A stretch of 38,975 nucleotides of DNA, from IMG/VR virus record IMGVR_UViG_3300005804_000002, positions 1 through 38,975 of that record. The stretch is one strand, 5' to 3'. The notes below the pieces were generated by a model. That model ran no database searches, was not told the DNA's origin, and worked only from the letters and a program-made list of their open reading frames with translations. Shown piece after piece: positions 19,038-26,851 of the stretch (positions within the stretch are counted from its first letter, which is position 1; the number at the start of each line of letters is the position of its first letter). The translations under genes and the position numbers were made by a program. Source of the DNA: a virus. Taxonomy: Duplodnaviria > Caudoviricetes.

Positions 19038-19617
19038 GGATAAGATTTGCGACGATGACACCTTAATCGATCAATACACTAAGATTGAGGGCATGACACC
19101 GCTAGATATAATGGTTGAGAAGGAAAGGCGAAGAGAAGCAATTGAGATATTAAAAATTGCATTCCCTGCCTTGAGTCGCAAAGATAGAAAGATATTGTGG
19201 CTATATGGGATAAGAGGGTTGAGTCAAGTTGAGATCGGTAAAAGAGCGAGAATGAACCAATCATCTGTAGCTCGGCGTATTGATAGGATACACAGAAAGG
19301 TTCAAAAGCTACTGCAAAACTATTCTCAATATGACGATTGGAAAGATACTTTTCGCCCTCCACAATCGAAAGAAGAGGCGCACACTCCAGAAACAAGAGG
19401 ATACCCATACGACATAATGATGAAGGTTGGGGTTGAATGCGTAAAAGTAAAGCTTGATGGGGTTATTCATTATAGGAGCAGATGGGAGTGCAGGATTCCA
19501 GAGTACCTTCGCAAGGCCTTTGGCAACGACGATACTATTTGCAATATTTGCGATAACTGCTCAAGGCCAGAGATGCAACGAAAAAGAAAAGGAACACAGA
19601 AAAGAGCAGCAGCATAG
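19003..19617 (+). CDS. Sigma-70 region-4-type HTH regulator (probable late activator) with Cys-rich C-terminus
   Basis: LSRKDRKILWLYGIRGLSQVEIGKRARMNQSSVARRI; start placed from RBS GGGGTGA. Confidence 0.75.
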   Translation: MDRLAALLQDIEDKICDDDTLIDQYTKIEGMTPLDIMVEKERRREAIEILKIAFPALSRKDRKILWLYGIRGLSQVEIGKRARMNQSSVARRIDRIHRKVQKLLQNYSQYDDWKDTFRPPQSKEEAHTPETRGYPYDIMMKVGVECVKVKLDGVIHYRSRWECRIPEYLRKAFGNDDTICNICDNCSRPEMQRKRKGTQKRAAA

Positions 19618-19647
19618 CTGCTCTATTTCATTCGCAGAGGTGATGCT

Positions 19648-20460
19648 ATGCTCTTTATGAACAAAGAGAAAATAATTCAAGAATCATATTTGCCCCATGT
19701 GGTACGCAAGGTTGTGACCGGGAAGAAGGCCTACTTTGTCAATATCGCCGATCTTCACATGGGATTAAGTCACAGAACATTATTTCAAGCCACTGTCGCA
19801 TTCCTATTAACGATCCCCAATCTATTCTTTGGCCTTGGTGGCGATAGCACAAACTGCGCCACAAGGGTTTCAAAGGGCAATGTCAAAGAGGAAACTCTAA
19901 CTGGCAATAAGCAGCTATTTGCCCTGGCAGAAGATCTTAAGCCTGTGGTCGAGGCAGGTAGGTTGCTTTATATTATCGATGGTAATCATGGGGCAGGGCG
20001 CATGAAAGACCTAACCTATGACACGCCAGAAGAAACACTGGCGCATCTTCTTGGTCGCCCAGACCTTTATAAGAGGGAATTGGCGATCCTATACCTATCC
20101 GTCAATGGCAATGTTTATACTCACTATGTAAGCCATAAGTCGCCCAAGAAAGAGGAGCATTTTGCGTGGGTTGGTGCTGATACCGTCTGGCGTGAGCATA
20201 CGCACCAATACAAGGCAATTTCCCATTTGGTAATGGAGCATGACAAGAATGCAGGAAACCCAATAATTAAAGAGATGTGGGAGGTTTACTCTGGCACATA
20301 TCAAATCATGCCAAGCTACAGTAAGATGGCAGGATATCGGATTGGTCTTCCTGGCTGCTACATTATGGAGATGTCTGGCGAAAAAGATGAGTGGAAACAA
20401 ATCCCTTGGCGTGACGATCATCTGTTTAATGCGATCATAAATGGCTATAAGGTTGCATAA
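19648..20460 (+). CDS. Calcineurin-like metallophosphoesterase
   Basis: DLH, GGD, GNH, H, HTH motifs. Confidence 0.82.
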   Translation: MLFMNKEKIIQESYLPHVVRKVVTGKKAYFVNIADLHMGLSHRTLFQATVAFLLTIPNLFFGLGGDSTNCATRVSKGNVKEETLTGNKQLFALAEDLKPVVEAGRLLYIIDGNHGAGRMKDLTYDTPEETLAHLLGRPDLYKRELAILYLSVNGNVYTHYVSHKSPKKEEHFAWVGADTVWREHTHQYKAISHLVMEHDKNAGNPIIKEMWEVYSGTYQIMPSYSKMAGYRIGLPGCYIMEMSGEKDEWKQIPWRDDHLFNAIINGYKVA

Positions 20461-20462
20461 GA

Positions 20463-20488
20463 AGACCCTCACCTTTTGGTGAGGGTTT
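20463..20488 (+). terminator. Intrinsic terminator ending the rightward arm
   Basis: ACCCTCACC-TTTT-GGTGAGGGT followed by T tract. Confidence 0.85.
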
Positions 20489-20583
20489 TGTCCTATCAAA
20501 TAACCATCAAATAAGATAAGCTAGGATTTATCGTGGGTTTGGCGTTTTACTATGCAGACAATGCAGGTTTCATCAAATGAAAG

Positions 20584-21063
20584 TTATTGGGTTGTGGCCT
20601 TATTGTAGAAGTCTATCAGCCATTCACGCCCCTTGGCAGTCCATTTGATAGTTATGCCGAGTTCGCTTGCAACAATATAAACATAGCCATCGTTTTCAAG
20701 ATGCTTGTATTCAGTGCAAAGCTCATAGAATGCTAGTGGCTTTTCAATGACACCATGCTCAACAAGGAATTTGTTTAGCTTTACAGCGGTAGTGCCAAGC
20801 TCCTTGGCAATAGCTGTTGTTGTTACCAGCTCGCTAAAGTTGATCGAAGGCCTTGCCTTTGGCATTTCCTTTTTCTTTTTGTTTTCCTCGATCATGGCTT
20901 GAATTTTGGCCTTTTCCTCTTTGGTTAAGATATTGTAGCACTCTTCGCCATAATATTCGCTGCCATACCCTATGGCATTTTCAAGGTAGACCTTCTTTTT
21001 GCATCTGGCGCACACTACAACAGGCCGGACGCTTGAATGGTACTTCTTTTTCTTTCTTTGCAT
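20584..21063 (-). CDS. KilAC/ANT-like antirepressor domain protein with N-terminal CxxC
   Basis: TTTAIAKELGTTAVKLNKFLVEHGV...KWTAKGREWL; RBS AGGAGGT. Confidence 0.75.
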   Translation of the reverse strand: MQRKKKKYHSSVRPVVVCARCKKKVYLENAIGYGSEYYGEECYNILTKEEKAKIQAMIEENKKKKEMPKARPSINFSELVTTTAIAKELGTTAVKLNKFLVEHGVIEKPLAFYELCTEYKHLENDGYVYIVASELGITIKWTAKGREWLIDFYNKATTQ

Positions 21064-21067
21064 TTTA

Positions 21068-21898
21068 CTACCTCCTAGCGAATGCATTTTTAACATCGTC
21101 TTTTCTTGCATCTGTAATATGAGTGTACCTCTGAGTGGTAGTGATGCTCTTATGACCCAAGAAATGCTGGATCACTCGAAGATCAATGCCATTCTCAAGC
21201 AAATAGGTTGCCGATCCATGACGGAATGCATGGCAGTTCAGATCGAATCCGGCCTTCTGTGAATGCTTAGTGACTTGCCGTTGAACAACATTTTGACTGA
21301 TTCTACCATGAGCAGTATTAAACATTGCCTCGGAAGTATCCTCTCGGTCATGCTCAATGTATTTTTTTAGCAGTGCCACAGTGCGATCCTCTAGGCGCAC
21401 AATCCGTTCCTTTTTGTTTTTTGGGTCACGGACAATTATTTCTCCATTGGCAGCATTAAAGTCGGCCAGATCAAGGCCAACTGCCTCAGATACCCGAAGG
21501 CCACCAAAGAAGAGTAGGGAGATAATGGATTTGTATTTTAAGTCCTTGCATTTCTCAATTACAGCATCAACTTGATCTCTAGTGGCTATGGTTGGGATTT
21601 TGTCTTGTTGCTCGACAGACGAGATAATTGCTTGCAGTTCCTTGTAGCCGGGAATCTCGATTTCCTTAATGGTAATGAAGTTAAGGAATTGATTGAGAGT
21701 ACGCAGCCGAGCGTAGATTGTGTTTATAGAAGTCCCGGCCTTGCGCCATTCGCCGATCTTGCGATCTACATATGCCGGGGTCAAGTCCAAGTGCTGATTG
21801 GGAAACCAATACTTCATGTGGTAGCAGTATGTATTGTAAGTGTTTTCTGCTTTAGTGTTTTCAGTGCGTTGAAGAAATTCCTTGATAAGCTTATCCAT
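21068..21898 (-). CDS. XerC/D-like tyrosine recombinase
   Basis: GLRVSE, HAFRH, LGHKSITTTQRYTH. Confidence 0.92.
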   Translation of the reverse strand: MDKLIKEFLQRTENTKAENTYNTYCYHMKYWFPNQHLDLTPAYVDRKIGEWRKAGTSINTIYARLRTLNQFLNFITIKEIEIPGYKELQAIISSVEQQDKIPTIATRDQVDAVIEKCKDLKYKSIISLLFFGGLRVSEAVGLDLADFNAANGEIIVRDPKNKKERIVRLEDRTVALLKKYIEHDREDTSEAMFNTAHGRISQNVVQRQVTKHSQKAGFDLNCHAFRHGSATYLLENGIDLRVIQHFLGHKSITTTQRYTHITDARKDDVKNAFARR

Positions 21899-21929
21899 CT
21901 ACAATACCTCCAAGTGATTTATTGATTAT

Positions 21930-21958
21930 ATTATATCACTTATAGGTATATAATGCAA
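21930..21958 (-). promoter_or_regulatory. Sigma-A promoter for Xer-like gene
   Basis: TTGCAT-17-TATAAT with TGn on minus strand. Confidence 0.7.
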
Positions 21959-21986
21959 TAACAATATTAACTAATGCATATAAAAC

Positions 21987-22012
21987 GCCCAAGCTTGCAA
22001 GAGCCTGGGCGC
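21987..22012 (-). terminator. Terminator ending the leftward accessory block
   Basis: GCCCAGGCT...AGCTTGGGC stem followed by TTTT on minus strand. Confidence 0.7.
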
Positions 22013-22018
22013 ATTTTA

Positions 22019-22249
22019 TTAGTTCATCTCTTCGTTAGTCATGTTGGATTCAATTGATATGACCCTATATGTGTCCTCGTCATTGGGGTTTATGGCCTCA
22101 ATGGCTGCGCTGTATACGCCATATTCGTCGCACAGGATCGCCTTGGCCTGATAGTTTTCATCCCCAAGCTCGAATTCCTCATAAAAGCCTACGATCTGAA
22201 AGGGGATAGTGTTGGCAAGTCGCTGCTTATCAATATCTTTGATACTCAT
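22019..22249 (-). CDS. Acidic hypothetical protein (76 aa)
   Basis: RBS AGGAGGT before ATG at 22249. Confidence 0.65.
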   Translation of the reverse strand: MSIKDIDKQRLANTIPFQIVGFYEEFELGDENYQAKAILCDEYGVYSAAIEAINPNDEDTYRVISIESNMTNEEMN

Positions 22250-22295
22250 AAATAACCTCCTAATCATTATGTAGAATTGAAGAGCCAAATGGAGC

Positions 22296-22481
22296 TTACT
22301 TTTTATCACCACCACCTTGCTCCTCGTACTTTTTACGCAAGGGGTTAAAGTCAAACTTATCCTCCATGCCATGAGCGATGTGGTAATTTCTCGACACCCA
22401 ACGATTCCAAGCTTTTTGCAGCTTAATGCCAATATACCAAATAAAGAGCAGAAATCCAAGTATATAACCCATAACAAGCAT
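22296..22481 (-). CDS. Small membrane-anchored protein
   Basis: N-terminal TM helix; RBS AGGAGG. Confidence 0.6.
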   Translation of the reverse strand: MLVMGYILGFLLFIWYIGIKLQKAWNRWVSRNYHIAHGMEDKFDFNPLRKKYEEQGGGDKK

Positions 22482-22482
22482 A

Positions 22483-22941
22483 TCAGCTAGCCCTCCTTAC
22501 AATATAGTCCACAGTGAATGTATCCTTCAGATACGCCTTTTTCTCTTCACCACAGTAGAAGAACTCCACGCCAAGATAATTGAATGAGGATTTTATGATC
22601 TTGCGTCCAGACCTCCAATAGGCAATAGAGCTATTTCCAGTAAGTTTATAGTGAAGTCGTGAAAAATCACGCAGTGAGCGAATCCCACAGATGTATGTTG
22701 TCATTATATGGCAAAGACCTGCAAGGCCATAACCTTCATATCTAGTATTTACCCCATGCGCCTTTAACTGGTCAATAGCCTCACGGATGCGATTATAATT
22801 GCGCTCGTTTTCGCTCATAGTCCCAAGTTGAAAACCAAGAAAACCGTTGGCCTCTTCCTTAACGCATACAAATTCAGCCATCAATATACCTCCGAACATG
22901 GTTTCTACAGTTATTATATACCCTAGAGTTATATTATTCAA
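22483..22941 (-). CDS. Hypothetical protein
   Basis: TTGA overlap with upstream gene. Confidence 0.55.
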   Translation of the reverse strand: MNNITLGYIITVETMFGGILMAEFVCVKEEANGFLGFQLGTMSENERNYNRIREAIDQLKAHGVNTRYEGYGLAGLCHIMTTYICGIRSLRDFSRLHYKLTGNSSIAYWRSGRKIIKSSFNYLGVEFFYCGEEKKAYLKDTFTVDYIVRRAS

Positions 22942-23405
22942 GAGATTCTTGGCTCTAGGCCATATGATTTAAGTAGGGAATCCCAGTATTTTGGATTGCC
23001 GATCCTCTTGCGATCAATGTGGCACAGGGCTGCAGTCCATGACTCAGAGCGCCACTGCGAATCGCTTATATCAAAGCCCATGTAGTCAGCACCAACCATC
23101 ATCCATTTATGGTGCAGGATTTGCGTACCCTTCACGATCTTTATGCTGCCATCTTGGCGAACATTTATATAGCGAGTCGGCAGCGGTTCTTGCGATATGT
23201 CGAAGTCGGGGCATTCGATGAAGGCAACATTGCCAGTTTTAGTATTGTACCGCACAAGGTTTGCTTGGCTTAGATCGTGTCCGGCATTTGTAGCTATGGC
23301 CTTGGCCTCAAGTATTCTCTCCAGTCCTTCAGAGGGCAGTGTTTGAATGTAGCTCATATGAATATAGACTTGCCCATGAATGTGTTTCCCGATCTTGTTT
23401 ATCAT
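22938..23405 (-). CDS. Protein resembling the non-catalytic domain of the DNA phosphorothioation-associated putative methyltransferase
   Basis: GK....VYIHxS...NLVRY....VAF..CPDFD...EP......QILHHK.MMV..DY pattern, recalled from the TIGR04096 family. Confidence 0.6.
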   Translation of the reverse strand: MINKIGKHIHGQVYIHMSYIQTLPSEGLERILEAKAIATNAGHDLSQANLVRYNTKTGNVAFIECPDFDISQEPLPTRYINVRQDGSIKIVKGTQILHHKWMMVGADYMGFDISDSQWRSESWTAALCHIDRKRIGNPKYWDSLLKSYGLEPRIS

Positions 23406-23424
23406 GTTTGTACCTCCATGTCAT

Positions 23425-23491
23425 TTGGTCTGCCATCGTCAGAGCAGGGGAAACCAACCACCTGCTGACCGGGGATCATCCCGGTTTCGGC
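23425..23491 (-). ncRNA. Type II hammerhead ribozyme HH1
   Basis: gcc-GAAAC-stemIII-GUC-agcagg/ccugcu-CUGACGA-uggc on minus strand. Confidence 0.88.
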
Positions 23492-23706
23492 TAATTGGCT
23501 GCAGCAGCATTCCAGGCTTTGAGTGCAGCCCTCTTTGTGTCCTCCATTACGCAAGAGCTATCTAGCAGATCGGCAAAGTCGCAGGTATCAGGATCAGGAT
23601 GCTCGTACTGGTACTGATCCCTTTCATAGCCTTCAAACCTATAAAATGTCTTCAGTACTGGCAACTGACCGCAATATGGGCAGGGGAGGGTCTTAAACCT
23701 TGGCAT
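23491..23706 (-). CDS. Lar-family restriction alleviation-like protein
   Basis: LPCPYCG...TKRAALKAWN. Confidence 0.65.
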   Translation of the reverse strand: MPRFKTLPCPYCGQLPVLKTFYRFEGYERDQYQYEHPDPDTCDFADLLDSSCVMEDTKRAALKAWNAAAAN

Positions 23707-23926
23707 TTTCAACACCCCTTTCATATCCCAACATATAAGCAAAGCGCAGGGCGTTTAAGACAGGGCTTCTAGCTTCACCGCTAATGCCACCCTGCATGAT
23801 CGTTTCAAGAATGGCGAAGTTAATATCAGAGTCAGGGGAGAGGCCATGATGGTCTTCCATGCTTTTAATTGAGTTCTTAAAGGCAGGATTGTGCTTTTTC
23901 AAGAATGCAAGATCAATGTTTTTCAT
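23693..23926 (-). CDS. Hypothetical protein
   Basis: RBS GGAGGA; AYMLGYERG C-terminus. Confidence 0.65.
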   Translation of the reverse strand: MKNIDLAFLKKHNPAFKNSIKSMEDHHGLSPDSDINFAILETIMQGGISGEARSPVLNALRFAYMLGYERGVENAKV

Positions 23927-24030
23927 TGTTTAAGTCCTCCATTTTGTGAGTTTTTATGGGGTTTTTGCAGGTTACCTCGGTGTTTTCCCGGTGTTTTTGG
24001 GGTTTTATATGGGTTTATGGGGGGTTTCGA

Positions 24031-24873
24031 TTATGCGCCCTTCAGCGCAGCCATTTTTTCAGACAGCAGCCACAGGGCTTTGTTAAGCTTCACATTATTA
24101 TCAATACTGGTTATTTCTCTTGTCCTAGTGCGCTTGCCGTTGGCTGTTCTTCCATGCAGACCACCACGAATGACATTTTCTTGCACTCTGTTAAATACTG
24201 ACCACAGATCAGTGCTGCGATCTTCACGCCTCCTGCTAGTTAGTAGTTGATGGGCTGAAATAGGCGCATCGTCGGGGTTGTCATACTTAATGCTTAATGC
24301 TGCCTCGGCAAAAATGCGACTCTCAGGAAGCGAAAGGGTTGTGTCCTTCATAATCTGAATGGATTCTTGCACAGGTTCGGCGTTTTCAACGATTGTATAG
24401 GCTGCGTCGATCACATTATGGACAATATTGCCACGGTGTGGCACTTTCACATCTTCGTAGGTGTCGCCTGTAACCATCCCATTTTGGCAAACAAAGCGGA
24501 ATACACCTGCCATCATTTGATAGCTGCTTGTGCCATCATGTGAGTTAATGAGGATAATTTCAAAAGCTTCTTGGGCGGTTATTTGGCCTTCACGGCGTAG
24601 GCGCAGCATATGCTTGGTAAACTCGGATTTGCCTTCAATGCGTGACTTGCTTTGTACTGCCATAAACGGCTGAAACCCTTCACGGCGTAGGCCGTTTAAT
24701 ACTTCAATGGTTGGAATGTAGGTGTATCTTTCAGATCGTGACTCATGCGCCCCAATGGCAAAGATACTAGGGGCTGTTCTGAAAATTTCCTCGTCGGTCA
24801 GCGGTCTTTCAGCACGAATGTTAAAAGAATTTCTCCCAAAAGTAGTTGCTAAAGCCATTTTCAATTCCTCCAA
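24031..24873 (-). CDS. DUF932 family protein
   Basis: APSIFA..AHESRSERYTYIPT...FTKHMLRLRR..EIILINSHDGTSSYQM.AGVFRFVCQNG. Confidence 0.92.
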   Translation of the reverse strand: MEELKMALATTFGRNSFNIRAERPLTDEEIFRTAPSIFAIGAHESRSERYTYIPTIEVLNGLRREGFQPFMAVQSKSRIEGKSEFTKHMLRLRREGQITAQEAFEIILINSHDGTSSYQMMAGVFRFVCQNGMVTGDTYEDVKVPHRGNIVHNVIDAAYTIVENAEPVQESIQIMKDTTLSLPESRIFAEAALSIKYDNPDDAPISAHQLLTSRRREDRSTDLWSVFNRVQENVIRGGLHGRTANGKRTRTREITSIDNNVKLNKALWLLSEKMAALKGA

Positions 24874-24903
24874 TATTTGTGAATTATTTTAGAATGGTTT
24901 TAC

Positions 24904-25149
24904 TTACTTCAAGCTGTTAAGCTGCCGAAAGAATTTGTCTTGCATATTGCAATGGTATTCCCATTTTTTGGTGCATTTATCGTCGTCGTTGTAAACTGAT
25001 CCGACTTTATTATCCCAATGATCTGCCATAAGGGAATGATGTTCTACCATTTTTTGCAAGTATTCAGCTTGCTTTTCTGGATCGGCCTTCATGGCCTCGG
25101 CTTGATCTTTCGCAGCCTTGGCAAGTTGCAACAGGCTTTTTTCACGCAT
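24904..25149 (-). CDS. Hypothetical protein
   Basis: RBS GGAGGT; TAATG coupling. Confidence 0.6.
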   Translation of the reverse strand: MREKSLLQLAKAAKDQAEAMKADPEKQAEYLQKMVEHHSLMADHWDNKVGSVYNDDDKCTKKWEYHCNMQDKFFRQLNSLK

Positions 25150-25256
25150 TACCAATGACCTCCATTTTTAAAGTAGCGATCCCAGGCTGCTTTTCTCCGT
25201 CTTTCACGGCGCACCGCTTGAATATAGTTAATTACCTTTAGAATTGCATTAGCCAT
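25149..25256 (-). CDS. Micro-protein (35 aa, basic)
   Basis: RBS GGAGG; MANAILKVINYIQAVRRERRRK. Confidence 0.55.
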   Translation of the reverse strand: MANAILKVINYIQAVRRERRRKAAWDRYFKNGGHW

Positions 25257-25347
25257 TTTTCTTCGCCTCCGTTGCTTTTTTCTTGAGTGCTAAAACAGTT
25301 AAGAGAGCAAGTTGCTCACGCAGGGGCATTTTTCGATTTTTACGCAT
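25249..25347 (-). CDS. Micro-protein (32 aa)
   Basis: Overlaps both neighbours; MRKNRKMPLREQLALL. Confidence 0.45.
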   Translation of the reverse strand: MRKNRKMPLREQLALLTVLALKKKATEAKKNG

Positions 25348-25441
25348 GAAATCCACCGTCCTTTTCAGATTTATAAACTGTGTAGGCCATAAGGCAAAAC
25401 ATTGACCAAATACCAAATACACCTAAAATCCAATCTTCCAT
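25340..25441 (-). CDS. Hydrophobic micro-protein (33 aa)
   Basis: RBS AGGAGG; MEDWILGVFGIWSMFCLMAY. Confidence 0.55.
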   Translation of the reverse strand: MEDWILGVFGIWSMFCLMAYTVYKSEKDGGFHA

Positions 25442-25545
25442 GAGTGCCAGCCTCCTAAAAATTGATCTTCAGAGCTTATTTTGTGGGCGTTTATCGTCCA
25501 CCCCTAGAAGGCCTGTGTAAGTCACAGACCCTCTAGGCGTAGGCC

Positions 25546-26091
25546 TTAAACGGCCTTTGCAAGCTTGCAGCATTTCGGCAGCTTGGCAATGATTACGCCA
25601 TTTTTAACGGCTACAGAATCAAAGTGCTTGGCGATTTCAAGCAGGTAGCTTTTCGTTGTCCTGTTTTCCTGCCATCCCTTGGATGTCTCGCAGCCATTGC
25701 CGGACTTATTACCTTCATAGATCGTGAAATAGGCGACCCCATCGGGCTTTATGGCTTGTGACACGGTGAAAATAACTTGTTCTCTGGCCTCGGCCTCGGC
25801 GATCACATTTAAAACATTGCTACAGGTGGCAGTGTCGGCAGGGGTTGCCTTAAGCCTTGTGGTTACCTGCTCGTTATGGCTTTGCGTCCTGTTGTAGGGA
25901 TCGAAAATCAGGTTTTCAACGCCTACAGAGGCGAGAAAGGCCGTTGCGTTATCGAATTTACCGCCTCCAATATCGGCATTTACTGTTCCCGGCCTCCATG
26001 CGACTTTAGAGAACACCGCAGGGAGCTTGTGGGAATTAATGGATGTTTCAGCAGAATCAAATTTTTGTGCTACAGTCTTGAAAGCTTGCAT
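25546..26091 (-). CDS. Small class I SAM-dependent methyltransferase
   Basis: ADIGGG motif I, FDPY, ADTATCSNVLNVI, KPDGVAYFTIY. Confidence 0.85.
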   Translation of the reverse strand: MQAFKTVAQKFDSAETSINSHKLPAVFSKVAWRPGTVNADIGGGKFDNATAFLASVGVENLIFDPYNRTQSHNEQVTTRLKATPADTATCSNVLNVIAEAEAREQVIFTVSQAIKPDGVAYFTIYEGNKSGNGCETSKGWQENRTTKSYLLEIAKHFDSVAVKNGVIIAKLPKCCKLAKAV

Positions 26092-26152
26092 ATAAATTCC
26101 CTCCGTAAATACAATTCATATATTGTGCATAAAACTGGGTATAGCAAAGCAG

Positions 26153-26228
26153 GGCTTGCCATCATCAGGCCACAAGTTGCCATCTTGCGACGATACCGGG
26201 AGGCCATGAGGCCTCGCAGTATTTCGGC
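26153..26228 (-). ncRNA. Type II hammerhead ribozyme HH2
   Basis: gcc-GAAAU-stemIII-AUC-gucgcaag/cuuguggc-CUGAUGA-uggc. Confidence 0.85.
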
Positions 26229-26234
26229 TAATTT

Positions 26235-26414
26235 TTAGTCTTCGACTTGGATTTCCCATGTCCAACGGCTTAATGATACAGAATACCCTTTGCATTCCAT
26301 CATGTCTTTAAAGGCCTCGGCTTGCTGCTTGTCATCAAAAAAGGAATGATTGATTTTATTACCTACAGCAGCCCCTTCAACGGTGGTTACTCGATACATT
26401 AGACGCTTGCTCAT
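26235..26414 (-). CDS. Hypothetical protein (59 aa)
   Basis: RBS AAGGAGG; MSKRLMYRVTTVEG. Confidence 0.6.
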   Translation of the reverse strand: MSKRLMYRVTTVEGAAVGNKINHSFFDDKQQAEAFKDMMECKGYSVSLSRWTWEIQVED

Positions 26415-26454
26415 TTTTTTAATGCCTCCTTATAGTGTGTGTGTTTTAATGCCT

Positions 26455-26727
26455 TTATATTTCATCTAAATTGATCGGCTCAACATAATTGCCCATATTA
26501 TCCCAATAACCTATGAGCAAAATATCAATTTCAAGATCGATCAAAGAGGGGATGCCATAGGCCTTTTTATAGCCTTCAACATCAAAGCGAATAGGCCAAT
26601 CTTCAAAACCGTCCCGGCATTCATCGCAATTGCAATCATGCCCGTAAATCTGCAATGCTTCGCCTGTGGTGGCATTTACATCAATAGCCCCATGCGATCC
26701 GCTAACGGTGAAAATATCCATCTTCAA
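26455..26727 (-). CDS. Acidic hypothetical protein
   Basis: RBS AGGAGG with TTG start; CNCDEC. Confidence 0.65.
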   Translation of the reverse strand: MKMDIFTVSGSHGAIDVNATTGEALQIYGHDCNCDECRDGFEDWPIRFDVEGYKKAYGIPSLIDLEIDILLIGYWDNMGNYVEPINLDEI

Positions 26728-26746
26728 AGCCTCCTGCTGTTTATAT

Positions 26747-26818
26747 TGGCTTGTCTCATCAGGCCGGGGGTTGCCATCCCATCGGCGACCGTCGCCCCTT
26801 TAGGGGCTAGGTTTCGAC
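26747..26818 (-). ncRNA. Type II hammerhead ribozyme HH3
   Basis: guc-GAAAC-stemIII-GUC-gccg/cggc-CUGAUGA-gac. Confidence 0.9.
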
Positions 26819-26851
26819 TTATCACGCATATTTTAATGCATAGCGTACATA

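Noticed and set aside
25460-25545. Possible fourth hammerhead (CUGAAGA on minus strand near 25466-25472)
   Set aside because: No GAAA partner or NUH junction with compatible stems
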